From a virus, in IMG/VR virus record IMGVR_UViG_3300025132_000028, positions 8,664-72,663 of that record: a DNA stretch of 64,000 nucleotides; one strand, 5' to 3'. Positions within the stretch are counted from its first letter, which is position 1; each line of letters opens with the position of its first letter. The position numbers and the translations under genes were made by a program. The notes under the pieces are model-generated. The model saw only the letters and a list, made by a program, of their open reading frames with translations, was not told the origin of the DNA and did not search any database. Positions 49,912-59,671 of this stretch are shown here, in pieces.

Positions 49912-51378
49912 ATGTCAAACTTGGTTATTAAAAAGAAGAACGAAGTATTTTTAGAGATACTTGCCGAACCACACGTCTGTCATGAACTGTCAGATCATTT
50001 TACTTTTGAGGTTCCTGGCGCAAAGTTCATGCCTCAGTATAGAAGTAAGTACTGGGACGGAAAGATTAGATTGTTTGATTCTAGAAAAAATCAAATTTAC
50101 GTTGGGTTGCTTGATAAACTGGTAAGTTTTTGTAAGAATTATGAATACGAATATGAATTTTTAAATAACAAATACTATGGTACTCCCTTTGAAGTCAATG
50201 AGAATATCTCATATGAGGGTGTCAAGGATTACGTAACATCAATATCAAAATATAAACCTAGAGACTATCAGATTGATGGCATATATGATGCCTTAAAAAA
50301 TAATCGTAAACTATTGATAGCTCCAACTGCTTCAGGAAAGTCGCTGATGATATACGGGATTGTGAGATATTTTGTTGAAAAAAAGCAAAATACTCTGATT
50401 GTTGTTCCCACGACTTCCCTTGTAGAACAAATGTATAAAGACTTTGCGGACTATGGTTGGGATGTTGGTTCATATTGTCACAAGATATATGCAGGAAAAG
50501 AAAGAGAAACAGACTCTCAGGTTATTATAACCACTTGGCAATCAATTTACAAGTTACCTCGTAAATATTTTGAAAGATTTTCTGTAGTGATAGGTGATGA
50601 AGCACACCAGTTTAAAAGTAAATCACTGATATCTATAATGACAAAACTTGGAAATGCCAAGTATCGTTATGGTTTTACAGGAACTCTTGATGGTACACAG
50701 ACTCATAAGTGGGTGTTAGAGGGTCTTTTCGGACCTTCTTATAAAATTATTCGTACTGACGAATTGATGGAGAAAGGTTATCTTGCCAACTTAGATATTA
50801 AAATTATTCTACTCAAGCATCCTCCTAAAAAGTTTGAGGTATTTGAAGATGAAATACAGTATATTATAAAACACGAGCAAAGAAACAACTTCATTAAAAA
50901 CCTGACATTAGATCTAAAAGGTAATACTCTAGTTCTTTTCAATAGAGTGGAAGATCATGGTATGCCTCTTTTTGAATTAATAAATAGTAGTACGAGTAAT
51001 AAAAAAGTCTTCTTCATCTACGGCGGTGTAAATGTAGAATCTCGTGAGGAAGTAAGAGCAATTGCTGAAAAGGAAGATAATGCAATCATAGTTGCTTCTT
51101 ACGGTACATTTTCAACTGGTATAAACATTAAAAAACTGCACAATGTTATCTTTGCTTCTCCTTCTAAATCTAGGATTCGTAACCTTCAAAGCATTGGACG
51201 AGTACTTAGGAGGGGAAAAAATAAATCTATGGCAACCCTATACGACATTGCAGATGACATCAGTTACAAAACAAGAAAAAATTATACACTCAATCATATG
51301 ATTGAAAGAGTTAAGATTTACTCAGAAGAGAATTTTAACTATGATATAGTAAACGTTACTTTAAAAAATAATGGATGA
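49912..51378 (+). CDS. uvsW: DNA helicase UvsW
   Basis: WDGKIRLF, PRDYQ, APTASGKS, DEAH and LQSIGRVLR motifs. Confidence 0.96.
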   Translation: MSNLVIKKKNEVFLEILAEPHVCHELSDHFTFEVPGAKFMPQYRSKYWDGKIRLFDSRKNQIYVGLLDKLVSFCKNYEYEYEFLNNKYYGTPFEVNENISYEGVKDYVTSISKYKPRDYQIDGIYDALKNNRKLLIAPTASGKSLMIYGIVRYFVEKKQNTLIVVPTTSLVEQMYKDFADYGWDVGSYCHKIYAGKERETDSQVIITTWQSIYKLPRKYFERFSVVIGDEAHQFKSKSLISIMTKLGNAKYRYGFTGTLDGTQTHKWVLEGLFGPSYKIIRTDELMEKGYLANLDIKIILLKHPPKKFEVFEDEIQYIIKHEQRNNFIKNLTLDLKGNTLVLFNRVEDHGMPLFELINSSTSNKKVFFIYGGVNVESREEVRAIAEKEDNAIIVASYGTFSTGINIKKLHNVIFASPSKSRIRNLQSIGRVLRRGKNKSMATLYDIADDISYKTRKNYTLNHMIERVKIYSEENFNYDIVNVTLKNNG

Positions 51379-51796
51379 CACTTATTACGCACTTATAAAA
51401 CTGAAGACTGGCGAGGAAATTATCTCTCATATCTTTTCTGATGATGAGAATGAAGACCCGATTATATGTTTGGGTTCTCCTGTAACAATTGAAATTACTA
51501 GCAGATCAAATCATAATGTCTTAAAATTTGAACCTTGGATAAAGGTTTGTCTTGAAGAAACACTGTTCATAAAACTTAGTGATGTAATTACTATGACTGA
51601 ATTACCTGAAAACAATTATTATGTACAGTGCTACAAAGAATACGTCAAGGCGGGTTTTCAGGATGTCAACCTCCCTAACAACCCTAAGAGTAAAACGAGA
51701 GGAGTTAAACTCAATAGGACAATGGGTTCTCTTGGCACAGTAGAAGATGCAAGAAAGACCCTAGAGAAATGCTTAAGACTTAAATTAGATACTTAA
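51371..51796 (+). CDS. Conserved hypothetical protein (Sm-like fold) between uvsW and g55
   Basis: IKL.TGEEI and F.PW motifs; conserved T4-like position. Confidence 0.75.
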   Translation: MDDTYYALIKLKTGEEIISHIFSDDENEDPIICLGSPVTIEITSRSNHNVLKFEPWIKVCLEETLFIKLSDVITMTELPENNYYVQCYKEYVKAGFQDVNLPNNPKSKTRGVKLNRTMGSLGTVEDARKTLEKCLRLKLDT

Positions 51797-51823
51797 TATA
51801 TCCCTCTGAACCTCCACAAGGTT

Positions 51824-51852
51824 ATTGTACATACATTAAGAACACTTGTCAA
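51824..51852 (-). promoter_or_regulatory. Antisense sigma70-type promoter, divergent from the g55 promoter
   Basis: The minus strand reads TTGACA-N17-TACAAT. Confidence 0.5.
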
Positions 51853-51874
51853 GCTCTGCTTAAAGTGTTATAAT
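51846..51874 (+). promoter_or_regulatory. sigma70-type promoter for g55
   Basis: TTGTCA-N17-TATAAT with an extended TG. Confidence 0.75.
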
Positions 51875-51896
51875 AAAACCATGATAAAGGTAAATA

Positions 51897-52373
51897 ATGC
51901 CCAAAGCCAGATCTGAACATTATGTTAATAATAAGCAACTCTTAGAAGCACTTATTGTTTACAAAAGCAAAGTAAAAGAAGCACTAGAGAACGAGAAACA
52001 AAAACCTCGTATCACGAACTATCTTGGTGAGTGCTTCTTGAAGATAGCAACACACTTGTCATATAAACCAAACTTTGTTAATTATATGTTCCGTGAAGAT
52101 ATGATTTCTGATGGTATAGAGAACTGTGTTCAGTACATCAATAACTTTGATCCTGAAAAGTCAAGGAACCCATTTGCTTATTTTACTCAGATCATCCATT
52201 ACGCTTTTCTGAGACGTATTCAAAAAGAGAAAAAGCAGATGGAGATTAAGAATAAAATTTTAGAGAAGACTGGTTATGACCAAGTTTTCAAGGTTGATGA
52301 TAATGTTTTGAGTAATAGTAAAAGTGATTATAATTCAATTAAAGATAATGTGCAGTATAGATTGAAAAAATGA
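51897..52373 (+). CDS. g55: Late transcription sigma factor gp55
   Basis: HYVNN, PNF..Y..R..MISDG.EN and NPFAYFTQI...AF.RRI.KEK motifs. Confidence 0.96.
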   Translation: MPKARSEHYVNNKQLLEALIVYKSKVKEALENEKQKPRITNYLGECFLKIATHLSYKPNFVNYMFREDMISDGIENCVQYINNFDPEKSRNPFAYFTQIIHYAFLRRIQKEKKQMEIKNKILEKTGYDQVFKVDDNVLSNSKSDYNSIKDNVQYRLKK

Positions 52374-53653
52374 ATACTGAATTTAAGAAGATTAAAATTG
52401 CTGTAATTGGAACAGGGACAGCAGGTTGTATTCAGACTCTTCAGTTCTCTCAAGAATTAAATTTTCAATATTTTGAACTTGATTGGATTTATGATCCAGA
52501 AACTCCCATCTTTGGAATTGGAGAAGCAACTACACCTCACATTCCTCAGATTTTAAGAAGATCTAAATTTAGTACTGATATGCTTTTTAATGAATTAAAA
52601 GGTAGTCTTAAGTATGGAGTCAGGTTTTTTAATTGGGGAAAGAAAAATAAAAGATTTGAACATGACTTTGGGGTAGGTCAATATGGTATTCATATGGATA
52701 CAAGTGCCTTAAGTACTTTTACATTAAAACATATAGAAAAAATTGAAGGAACTAACATTAAAGTTGTTCCTGAAAAAGTAGACACTATCGAATCTTTGCC
52801 TAGCGGATGTGTTGTCAACGGACGTAATTATAATTTTGTTGTTGATTGTAGTGGAAATGAACCTTTGTTATACAAAGATGAGTATATAGAATCTGAATTA
52901 CCTACTGTCGATTCAGCAGTCATCTACAGGAGAATGTCTGCTGGCAATTGGAATCATACTGTTCACTTTGCTCATGAAAATGGTTGGATGTTTGGTATTC
53001 CTTTGAAAGATCGTCAAACTTGGGGATATACTTTTAGTAGTAAATTTACTACAGAAGAAGAAGCAAGAGAAGGATTACAAAAAATGCTTCCAGATGAAGA
53101 TGTATCTACAGCAAAATACGTTACTTGGAAACCTCAGTTTGCATCTTTTTTAATTGATGATAACGGTGTTTATGCTAGAAATGGAAATGCTGCAGGATTC
53201 ATGGAACCTCTACAAAGTCTCTCTGGTCTTCATACACATCAAATTTCTAAAGTTTTGGTTGACTATGTAAATGATGATGCATCTAAACAAGATGTGAATA
53301 CTGCTATTATTAGTAGTGAAAAAGAATGGATTGAAGGTTTAGCATACCATTATCAAATGGGATCTTCTTTTGATAGTCCATTTTGGGATGATGTTTCAGA
53401 GAGAGCAAAGAAGTTTTTAGAAAAAGAAAAATGTTCTGAGAGTGATATTTGGGATATCTACAAAGAAGATCCCAAAGATGTAGAAAGAGTTACATTAGGT
53501 TGCTTTGAGATACTTGATTTGGTACAATTGTCTCATGGTTTAGACACTCCAACTGCAAGTATTTTTGATCCTTGGAAACTTGCTGATCCTGATTTACAAA
53601 GTGTAGAATCATTTTGGGGAAGTCAAAACAGTATTGAGGATTATTTAAAATGA
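52370..53653 (+). CDS. Flavin-dependent tryptophan halogenase-like protein
   Basis: GTGTAG FAD motif, G.GEAT.P, K.G..F..W, VDCSG, GWMFGIP (WxWxIP variant), GNAAGF.EPL.S and SPFW. Confidence 0.82.
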   Translation: MNTEFKKIKIAVIGTGTAGCIQTLQFSQELNFQYFELDWIYDPETPIFGIGEATTPHIPQILRRSKFSTDMLFNELKGSLKYGVRFFNWGKKNKRFEHDFGVGQYGIHMDTSALSTFTLKHIEKIEGTNIKVVPEKVDTIESLPSGCVVNGRNYNFVVDCSGNEPLLYKDEYIESELPTVDSAVIYRRMSAGNWNHTVHFAHENGWMFGIPLKDRQTWGYTFSSKFTTEEEAREGLQKMLPDEDVSTAKYVTWKPQFASFLIDDNGVYARNGNAAGFMEPLQSLSGLHTHQISKVLVDYVNDDASKQDVNTAIISSEKEWIEGLAYHYQMGSSFDSPFWDDVSERAKKFLEKEKCSESDIWDIYKEDPKDVERVTLGCFEILDLVQLSHGLDTPTASIFDPWKLADPDLQSVESFWGSQNSIEDYLK

Positions 53654-54693
53654 ATGTAGCAGTAATTACTGACCAACACTTTGGTGCTCGTAAGAATTCT
53701 CAAACTTTCCATAATTATTTTTTAGATTTTTATAATGAGGTTTTCTTTCCAGAACTAGAAAAACGCAAGATCACAACAGTCATTGACATGGGTGATACAT
53801 TTGACAATCGCCGTGGCATTGATTTCTGGGCACTTGATTGGGCAAAGAAAAACTATTATGATCGTCTTGCTGAGATGGGAATTGAAGTACATACGATCGT
53901 TGGTAACCATACCGCTTATTACAAAAATACAAATAATTTAACAAGTGTTGGATTATTTTTAAGAGAGTATGACAATATAAAAATTTATCCAGATCCCCAA
54001 GAAGTAAGTATTGGTGGTCGTGATATTTTATTTTTACCTTGGGTTAATAAAGAAAACGAAAAAGAAAGTTTTGAATGTATCAAAAAGTCATCATCTAAAC
54101 TTGCAATGGGACACCTTGAACTCAAAGGATTTAAAGTTAACCATCATGTTGTTATGGAGCATGGTAGTATGGACGTTAACCTCCTTAACAAGTTTGATAA
54201 GGTATACTCTGGACATTTTCATACAAGATCAAATAATGGAACTGTCTACTACCTAGGCAACCCTTACGAGATCTATTGGAATGATGTAAATGATAATCGT
54301 GGTTTCCATATCCTTGATCTGGATACCCTAGAAACCACTGCTATCAATAATCCCTTTTCGATGTATAAGCACATCTATTACGAAGATACCCCTAGACAAA
54401 CTTTTAACTTTAGTAACTATAAAAATAAAATTGTTAAAGTTATTGTTAGAAAGAAAAGTAGTGAAAAGGATTTTGAGAAGTTCATTGACAAACTCCTCTC
54501 AGTAAATGTTTATGACCTTAAGGTTGTTGAAAACTTTGAGATGATAGATGCAGGTGATATCCAGATTGAAGAATCTGAGAATACTATTTCTATCCTGAGC
54601 AAGTATATTGAAGAGTCTGAAGGTGATTTAGATAAGTCTAACTTGAAGAAACTTATTAATGAGATATATAATGAAGCATGCGAAATAGCGTAA
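53650..54693 (+). CDS. g47: Recombination endonuclease subunit gp47 (Mre11/SbcD-like)
   Basis: TDQHFG, GD.FD, GNH and SGHFH phosphoesterase motifs. Confidence 0.95.
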   Translation: MNVAVITDQHFGARKNSQTFHNYFLDFYNEVFFPELEKRKITTVIDMGDTFDNRRGIDFWALDWAKKNYYDRLAEMGIEVHTIVGNHTAYYKNTNNLTSVGLFLREYDNIKIYPDPQEVSIGGRDILFLPWVNKENEKESFECIKKSSSKLAMGHLELKGFKVNHHVVMEHGSMDVNLLNKFDKVYSGHFHTRSNNGTVYYLGNPYEIYWNDVNDNRGFHILDLDTLETTAINNPFSMYKHIYYEDTPRQTFNFSNYKNKIVKVIVRKKSSEKDFEKFIDKLLSVNVYDLKVVENFEMIDAGDIQIEESENTISILSKYIEESEGDLDKSNLKKLINEIYNEACEIA

Positions 54694-54975
54694 ATGTTCC
54701 TTCTCATCAATCAAGAACAAAACGTCAATGATGGCGCTTATTGTGTCTTCGACAAAAAAGGAGAGAAAATATTATTTCTTTTTGAAGAGGTTGACGACGC
54801 AGAAAGATATGCTATAATGTTAAATGAGTTTGCAGATACTGAAGTAGAAGCAGTTGAAATAGATAAAGAACCCGCCATAAAAGCTTGTAAGCATCACGGT
54901 TACAAGTACGCAATTATATCACCCAATGATATTGTGATCCTTCCCTCTCATTATGATCTCGTTTCAGACAATTAA
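54694..54975 (+). CDS. Hypothetical protein (DUF3110-like)
   Basis: GAY...L.LFEE.DDA.RYA..L motif; lies between g47 and g46. Confidence 0.7.
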   Translation: MFLLINQEQNVNDGAYCVFDKKGEKILFLFEEVDDAERYAIMLNEFADTEVEAVEIDKEPAIKACKHHGYKYAIISPNDIVILPSHYDLVSDN

Positions 54976-56662
54976 ATGGAAAAACTTTCTCTCTACTGGA
55001 AATCAATTTACTGAAATAAATTTTCAAAAAAGCGATACTACCTTAATTATTGGCACAAATGGTGCAGGTAAGTCCACTGTTTTGGATGCACTTTGTTTCG
55101 GTTTGTTTAATAAACCATTCAGAAAGATCTATAAATCTCAATTAATTAATACCATCAATGAAAAAGATTGTATGGTTGAGGTTGAGTTTTCTATTGGAAG
55201 TAGACAGTATCTTGTCAGAAGGGGAATTAAACCATCTGTCTTTGAGATACACCAAAACGGTAAATGTTTAGATCAACTTGCAAACGCAGTAGATCAACAA
55301 AAGTATCTGGAACAAAATATTTTAAAACTTAACTTTAAGTCTTTTACTCAGATAGTCATTCTAGGTAGTAGTTCTTTCGTTCCCTTTATGCAGTTATCTG
55401 CACCAGGACGTAGAGAAGTCATTGAAGATATCCTTGACATTAAAATATTTTCTTCAATGAATGAAGTGGTTAAAAATAAACTTAGAGGTATTAGAGATAA
55501 TGTTAAAGTCCTTGACCTTAAGAAAGAAAATCTTTCTGATAAAATTTCTATGCAGAAAAACTTTATCAAGGAACTTGAGGGACAGGGACAAGAAAGAATT
55601 AAGAAAAAGAAGAATACTCTTAATGAATTAGTGGTTGAGAATGAGGAGTTGTTAGAAAGCAACGAGGTTAAAAATAAAGAATTGTTAACAATTTCTAACA
55701 AAATGACTGATGTATCAAATGCAACAGTAAACCTCAAGAAGCTAGGTACTTTGAAAGGTCGGGTATCTAATAAAGTATCAACCGCAACTTCTGATCTCAA
55801 GTTCTTTAAAGAAAATACGGTTTGCCCAACATGTACTCAGCACATAGAAGAAGAGTTTAGGTTAAATAAAGTTGTTGATGCTCAATCTAAACTAGATGAG
55901 TTGTCCAGTGGTCTTGATGATCTACTGGAAACCATAAAAACCGAAGAGACTAGAGAGCATCTTTTCAATAAACTATCTAAAGAGGTAACTAGACTCACAC
56001 ATGAAATTTCTAACAATAATATCAGAATATCTGGGATTCATAAACAATCCAAGAATCTGGGAAACGAAATTCAAACTATTACCAGTAACTTACAGAACAA
56101 AAATTCTGAACATGAGAAATTAGAAACTTTTAAACAAGACCTAGAATCTTCTTACAATAAAATAACTGAACAAAAAATTAAAGAACGTGATTATGATTTT
56201 GTGTATTCCCTCCTTAAGGATGGTGGTGTAAAAACAAAGATCATCAAAAAGTATCTGCCACTTATTAATCAGCAGATCAATAGGTATCTACAGATGATGG
56301 ACTTTTACATCAATTTCACCCTTGACGAGGAATTTAACGAAAGCGTAAAGTCTCCTATCCATGAGGACTTTTCATACGCTTCATTTTCTGAAGGTGAGAA
56401 AATGCGAATCGATTTAGCACTACTTTTTACATGGAGGGAGGTAGCACGATTTAAAAACTCAACTAACACAAATCTACTAATCATGGACGAGGTGTTTGAC
56501 AGTTCACTGGATACTTTCGGTACAGATGAGTTTATGAAAATTATTAGATATGTTCTTAAAGGAGCAAACATTTTCATCATCTCACACAAAACTGAACTAC
56601 TTGACAAATTTTCAGCAACAATTAAATTTGAAAAGATCAAGGGATTTAGTCACCTACTATAA
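54953..56662 (+). CDS. g46: Recombination ATPase subunit gp46 (Rad50/SbcC-like)
   Basis: GTNGAGKS, CPTC zinc hook, FSEGE signature, MDE and ISH motifs. Confidence 0.96.
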   Translation: MISFQTIKWKNFLSTGNQFTEINFQKSDTTLIIGTNGAGKSTVLDALCFGLFNKPFRKIYKSQLINTINEKDCMVEVEFSIGSRQYLVRRGIKPSVFEIHQNGKCLDQLANAVDQQKYLEQNILKLNFKSFTQIVILGSSSFVPFMQLSAPGRREVIEDILDIKIFSSMNEVVKNKLRGIRDNVKVLDLKKENLSDKISMQKNFIKELEGQGQERIKKKKNTLNELVVENEELLESNEVKNKELLTISNKMTDVSNATVNLKKLGTLKGRVSNKVSTATSDLKFFKENTVCPTCTQHIEEEFRLNKVVDAQSKLDELSSGLDDLLETIKTEETREHLFNKLSKEVTRLTHEISNNNIRISGIHKQSKNLGNEIQTITSNLQNKNSEHEKLETFKQDLESSYNKITEQKIKERDYDFVYSLLKDGGVKTKIIKKYLPLINQQINRYLQMMDFYINFTLDEEFNESVKSPIHEDFSYASFSEGEKMRIDLALLFTWREVARFKNSTNTNLLIMDEVFDSSLDTFGTDEFMKIIRYVLKGANIFIISHKTELLDKFSATIKFEKIKGFSHLL

Positions 56663-56844
56663 TGAAACTTCCAAACTGGCAACACCACTCCAAAAAAGAA
56701 AAGAAACGACACCTAAAACCACAGGCATTGCGTCAAGCAAGGAAGCGACGTGGACAGTTAATAAAGTGTCTACTCAACCGTCCCAAGGGGCGGTTTTCTC
56801 GTTATTATAGGTATATACGAAACGAACACTATGTACGCATTTAA
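56662..56844 (+). CDS. Small basic conserved cyanophage protein
   Basis: MKLPNWQHHSKK...LKPQALRQA; TAATG coupling to g46. The 3' end overlaps regulatory elements. Confidence 0.6.
   Translation: MKLPNWQHHSKKEKKRHLKPQALRQARKRRGQLIKCLLNRPKGRFSRYYRYIRNEHYVRI
56750..56775 (+). promoter_or_regulatory. Imperfect palindromic motif GACAGT..AATAAAGTGTCyAC, copy 1
   Basis: gtggacagttaataaagtgtctactc upstream of the vWA/peptidase gene; near-identical copy at 60430. Confidence 0.6.
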
Positions 56845-59008
56845 TGAAGTTAAGGGACATCTTGCTAGACTCCTTGCCACAGAAAACCTTATTGTAGAAA
56901 ACCGTGAAGTAGCGACTGCTTCATTCAATGTTGAAACTCGTACTCTTATTCTACCCCTCTGGGAAAAGGCAGAAGACATCGTGTATGATCTTCTAGTATC
57001 TCATGAGGTTGGACATGCTCTATACACTCCACAACAGGAATGGAAGGTAACCTATCCACATCTTCCACAGTCCTATGTAAACATCACTGAGGATGCCCGT
57101 GTTGAGAAGTTGATGAAGAGAAGATATGCAGGTCTTACTAAAACATTCTTCAATGGTTACAAATCACTTCATAGGCAAGACTTCTTTGAACTTGCTGAAG
57201 ATGACTTAAGTTCTTACAGTTTTATTGACCGTATCAATTTATATTTCAAAGTTGGTAACTTTGTTACTCTTCCTTTCAATGAAGCAGAAAAACCATTCGT
57301 TAAGAAAGTAGGTGATGCAGAAACTTTTGATGAAGCACTTAAAATTGCTGATGAAATCTTCAAGTATGTAAAAGAAGAAAATGAAAGAAAGCAAGAGTCA
57401 TTAAAAGATTTACCTACTCCTGATAGATCTGAAGAGTTTGAAGGAGGAAATACTCCTACAGAATCATCTGACGAAGAACCTACATCTGATGAAGAACCTA
57501 ACTCAACTGCAGAAGTTGAAGTAAAGAAAGATGATCAGGATGATGAAAAGTCTGAAGTAACCAAAACTGAGAGGACTGGTGGTTCCCATGGTGATGAACA
57601 AGTAAAAACTGATGATATCTTTACTAAGAACGTCTCAGACCTTAACAACGAAAACAGTAAAGGATCTCCTATCTATATGGAGTTACCTAAAATCAATCTT
57701 GATAATCTTGTAATTTCTAACTCTGAGATTTACAAGACAATAACTGAATACTGGACAGAAGAAAAGAGACGTATTGAAGAGTCTAACCCTAAATACGATT
57801 CAACTAAACTCTTTGCAACTGTTGATGAAAGTTTTGCAAAGTTTAAAAAGTCTGCACAAAAGGAGGTAAACTATCTTGTCAAAGAATTCGAGTGTAAAAA
57901 ATCTGCTGACGCATATGCCCGTGCTACTACTAGTCGGACTGGTATTCTCGATACAACTTTATTACACACTTACAAATATAATGAAGACGTCTTCAAAAAA
58001 GTCACAGTAGTTCCAGATGGTAAGAATCATGGATTGATATTTGTACTTGATTGGTCTGGTTCTATGCAACATCAGTTGTTGGAAACTTTGAAACAGATGT
58101 ACAATCTACTGTGGTTCTGTAAAAAATGTCAAATTCCTTTTGAGGTTTATGCCTTTACTAATGAATACAAAATCAGAACTCGTACTATGGATGAAGTCAA
58201 GAGTATGACTCCTGTTGATGAGATAAAACCAAATCAATTCAATATTCCTGAAGAGTTTAGTATGCTTAACTTGTTCACTAGTAAAGTAAGAACTCCTGAA
58301 CTTAATGAACAGATGAAATTAATTTTCCGTATTGCACATGGATTCTCTCATAGTTTCTATGATGTACACTACAGTTATCCTTATGCTCTTGGGTTATCAG
58401 GAACTCCTTTGAATGAAGCACTAACATCTCTTGATGCAATTATTCCTCAGTTCAAACAGGAAAACAAACTTCAGAAAGTTCATTGTATTGTTCTTACTGA
58501 TGGAGAAGCACAATGTAGTAAAATGAATTCTGTTGTTAAGAGACCTTGGGAAGATGAGTCATATATGGGTACTCGTGGTATTGGTCAAAGAGTGATTCTT
58601 CGTAATCGTAAGAATGGACATTCTTATACCTTTAATGACTGGTGGGGAAATCATACAAAGAGTTTCAACCGTTATATTAAAGATCAATTCCCAGAAGTAA
58701 ACTTGATTGGTATTCGTGTTTGTGCTACTCGTGACTTTAGTTCTTTCCTTCGTGATGGACTTGATCAAGAGTGTAAGGAATATGAGAAAATATTAAATGA
58801 GTGGAGAAAGAGTCGTGCTGTTGCTTTTGATGGATATGGTTATAACAAACAGTTTGCTATCGCATCAAGTGCTCTAAATAATGATACAGAGTTTGAAGTT
58901 AAAGAAGATGCTACTAAGGCACAGATCAAGAGAGCATTTGGTAAGTCACTTAAAACTAAGAAGATGAACAAAAAGATTCTCTCAGAATTCATCTCAATGG
59001 TGGCATAA
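56831..59008 (+). CDS. Metallopeptidase-like (HEVGH) plus vWA-domain protein (CobT-like partner of MoxR ATPase)
   Basis: LA.LLATENL, HEVGH, N..ED.R.E, acidic linker, MIDAS DWSGS, GTPL and LTDG. Confidence 0.85.
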   Translation: MYAFNEVKGHLARLLATENLIVENREVATASFNVETRTLILPLWEKAEDIVYDLLVSHEVGHALYTPQQEWKVTYPHLPQSYVNITEDARVEKLMKRRYAGLTKTFFNGYKSLHRQDFFELAEDDLSSYSFIDRINLYFKVGNFVTLPFNEAEKPFVKKVGDAETFDEALKIADEIFKYVKEENERKQESLKDLPTPDRSEEFEGGNTPTESSDEEPTSDEEPNSTAEVEVKKDDQDDEKSEVTKTERTGGSHGDEQVKTDDIFTKNVSDLNNENSKGSPIYMELPKINLDNLVISNSEIYKTITEYWTEEKRRIEESNPKYDSTKLFATVDESFAKFKKSAQKEVNYLVKEFECKKSADAYARATTSRTGILDTTLLHTYKYNEDVFKKVTVVPDGKNHGLIFVLDWSGSMQHQLLETLKQMYNLLWFCKKCQIPFEVYAFTNEYKIRTRTMDEVKSMTPVDEIKPNQFNIPEEFSMLNLFTSKVRTPELNEQMKLIFRIAHGFSHSFYDVHYSYPYALGLSGTPLNEALTSLDAIIPQFKQENKLQKVHCIVLTDGEAQCSKMNSVVKRPWEDESYMGTRGIGQRVILRNRKNGHSYTFNDWWGNHTKSFNRYIKDQFPEVNLIGIRVCATRDFSSFLRDGLDQECKEYEKILNEWRKSRAVAFDGYGYNKQFAIASSALNNDTEFEVKEDATKAQIKRAFGKSLKTKKMNKKILSEFISMVA

Positions 59009-59010
59009 AT

Positions 59011-59652
59011 ATGGATATGAGGTATGAAGAAGGTGATGAGGGGTATATGCAAAGACACGTTTTTGCTAGTCCAGATGATCCATTTTACGATTATAAGGAT
59101 GCTACCCCAGATGTCAAAAGTATCATTCATTGTATAAATTTGCACGGAGATAATTTAGTTGGTGCTGAGATAGGAGTTCATGTCGGGGAAAGTTTTTTAA
59201 CTTTATTACAAAACTGCCCTAACATTTCAAAACTTTATGGTGTTGATTCTTATGTTCCGTATGTTGATTATTTAAAAGAGGATAGCGAAAGTTATAATCC
59301 AATTGTAGTAGATAAAAAACAAATTGAATATATTAAATTAATTTCATATCACAATCAGGAATTCTCTGGTCATAAAGATAAAATTGTTTTCTATGAAATG
59401 GATAGCAATGAAGCAGCAAAAAAAGTAGAAGATAAATCTTTAGACTTTATTTTTATTGATAGTTACTGTTCATTTGAACAAGCAAAAAATGATATAAAAG
59501 TTTGGTATCCGAAAGTAAAAGATGGAGGAATTTTTGCAGGTCATGATTGGACTATACAGTTAGTTGAATTAGCAGTAATGAAGTTTAGAGAAAGTGAAAA
59601 TATAAAGTCTCGAATGAGTACATATAACGATACTTGGATCTGGTATAAATAA
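59011..59652 (+). CDS. Class I SAM-dependent methyltransferase (Methyltransf_24-like)
   Basis: GAEIGV..G.S, LYGVD, LDFIFID and W.PKVK.GGIFAGHD motifs. Confidence 0.85.
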   Translation: MDMRYEEGDEGYMQRHVFASPDDPFYDYKDATPDVKSIIHCINLHGDNLVGAEIGVHVGESFLTLLQNCPNISKLYGVDSYVPYVDYLKEDSESYNPIVVDKKQIEYIKLISYHNQEFSGHKDKIVFYEMDSNEAAKKVEDKSLDFIFIDSYCSFEQAKNDIKVWYPKVKDGGIFAGHDWTIQLVELAVMKFRESENIKSRMSTYNDTWIWYK

Positions 59653-59671
59653 ATTGATATAATATAACATT

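Noticed and set aside
34939-56662. Inteins or group I introns in terminase, portal, UvsW or gp46
   Set aside because: The ORFs are uninterrupted and of normal length, with no intein splice or LAGLIDADG motifs seen.
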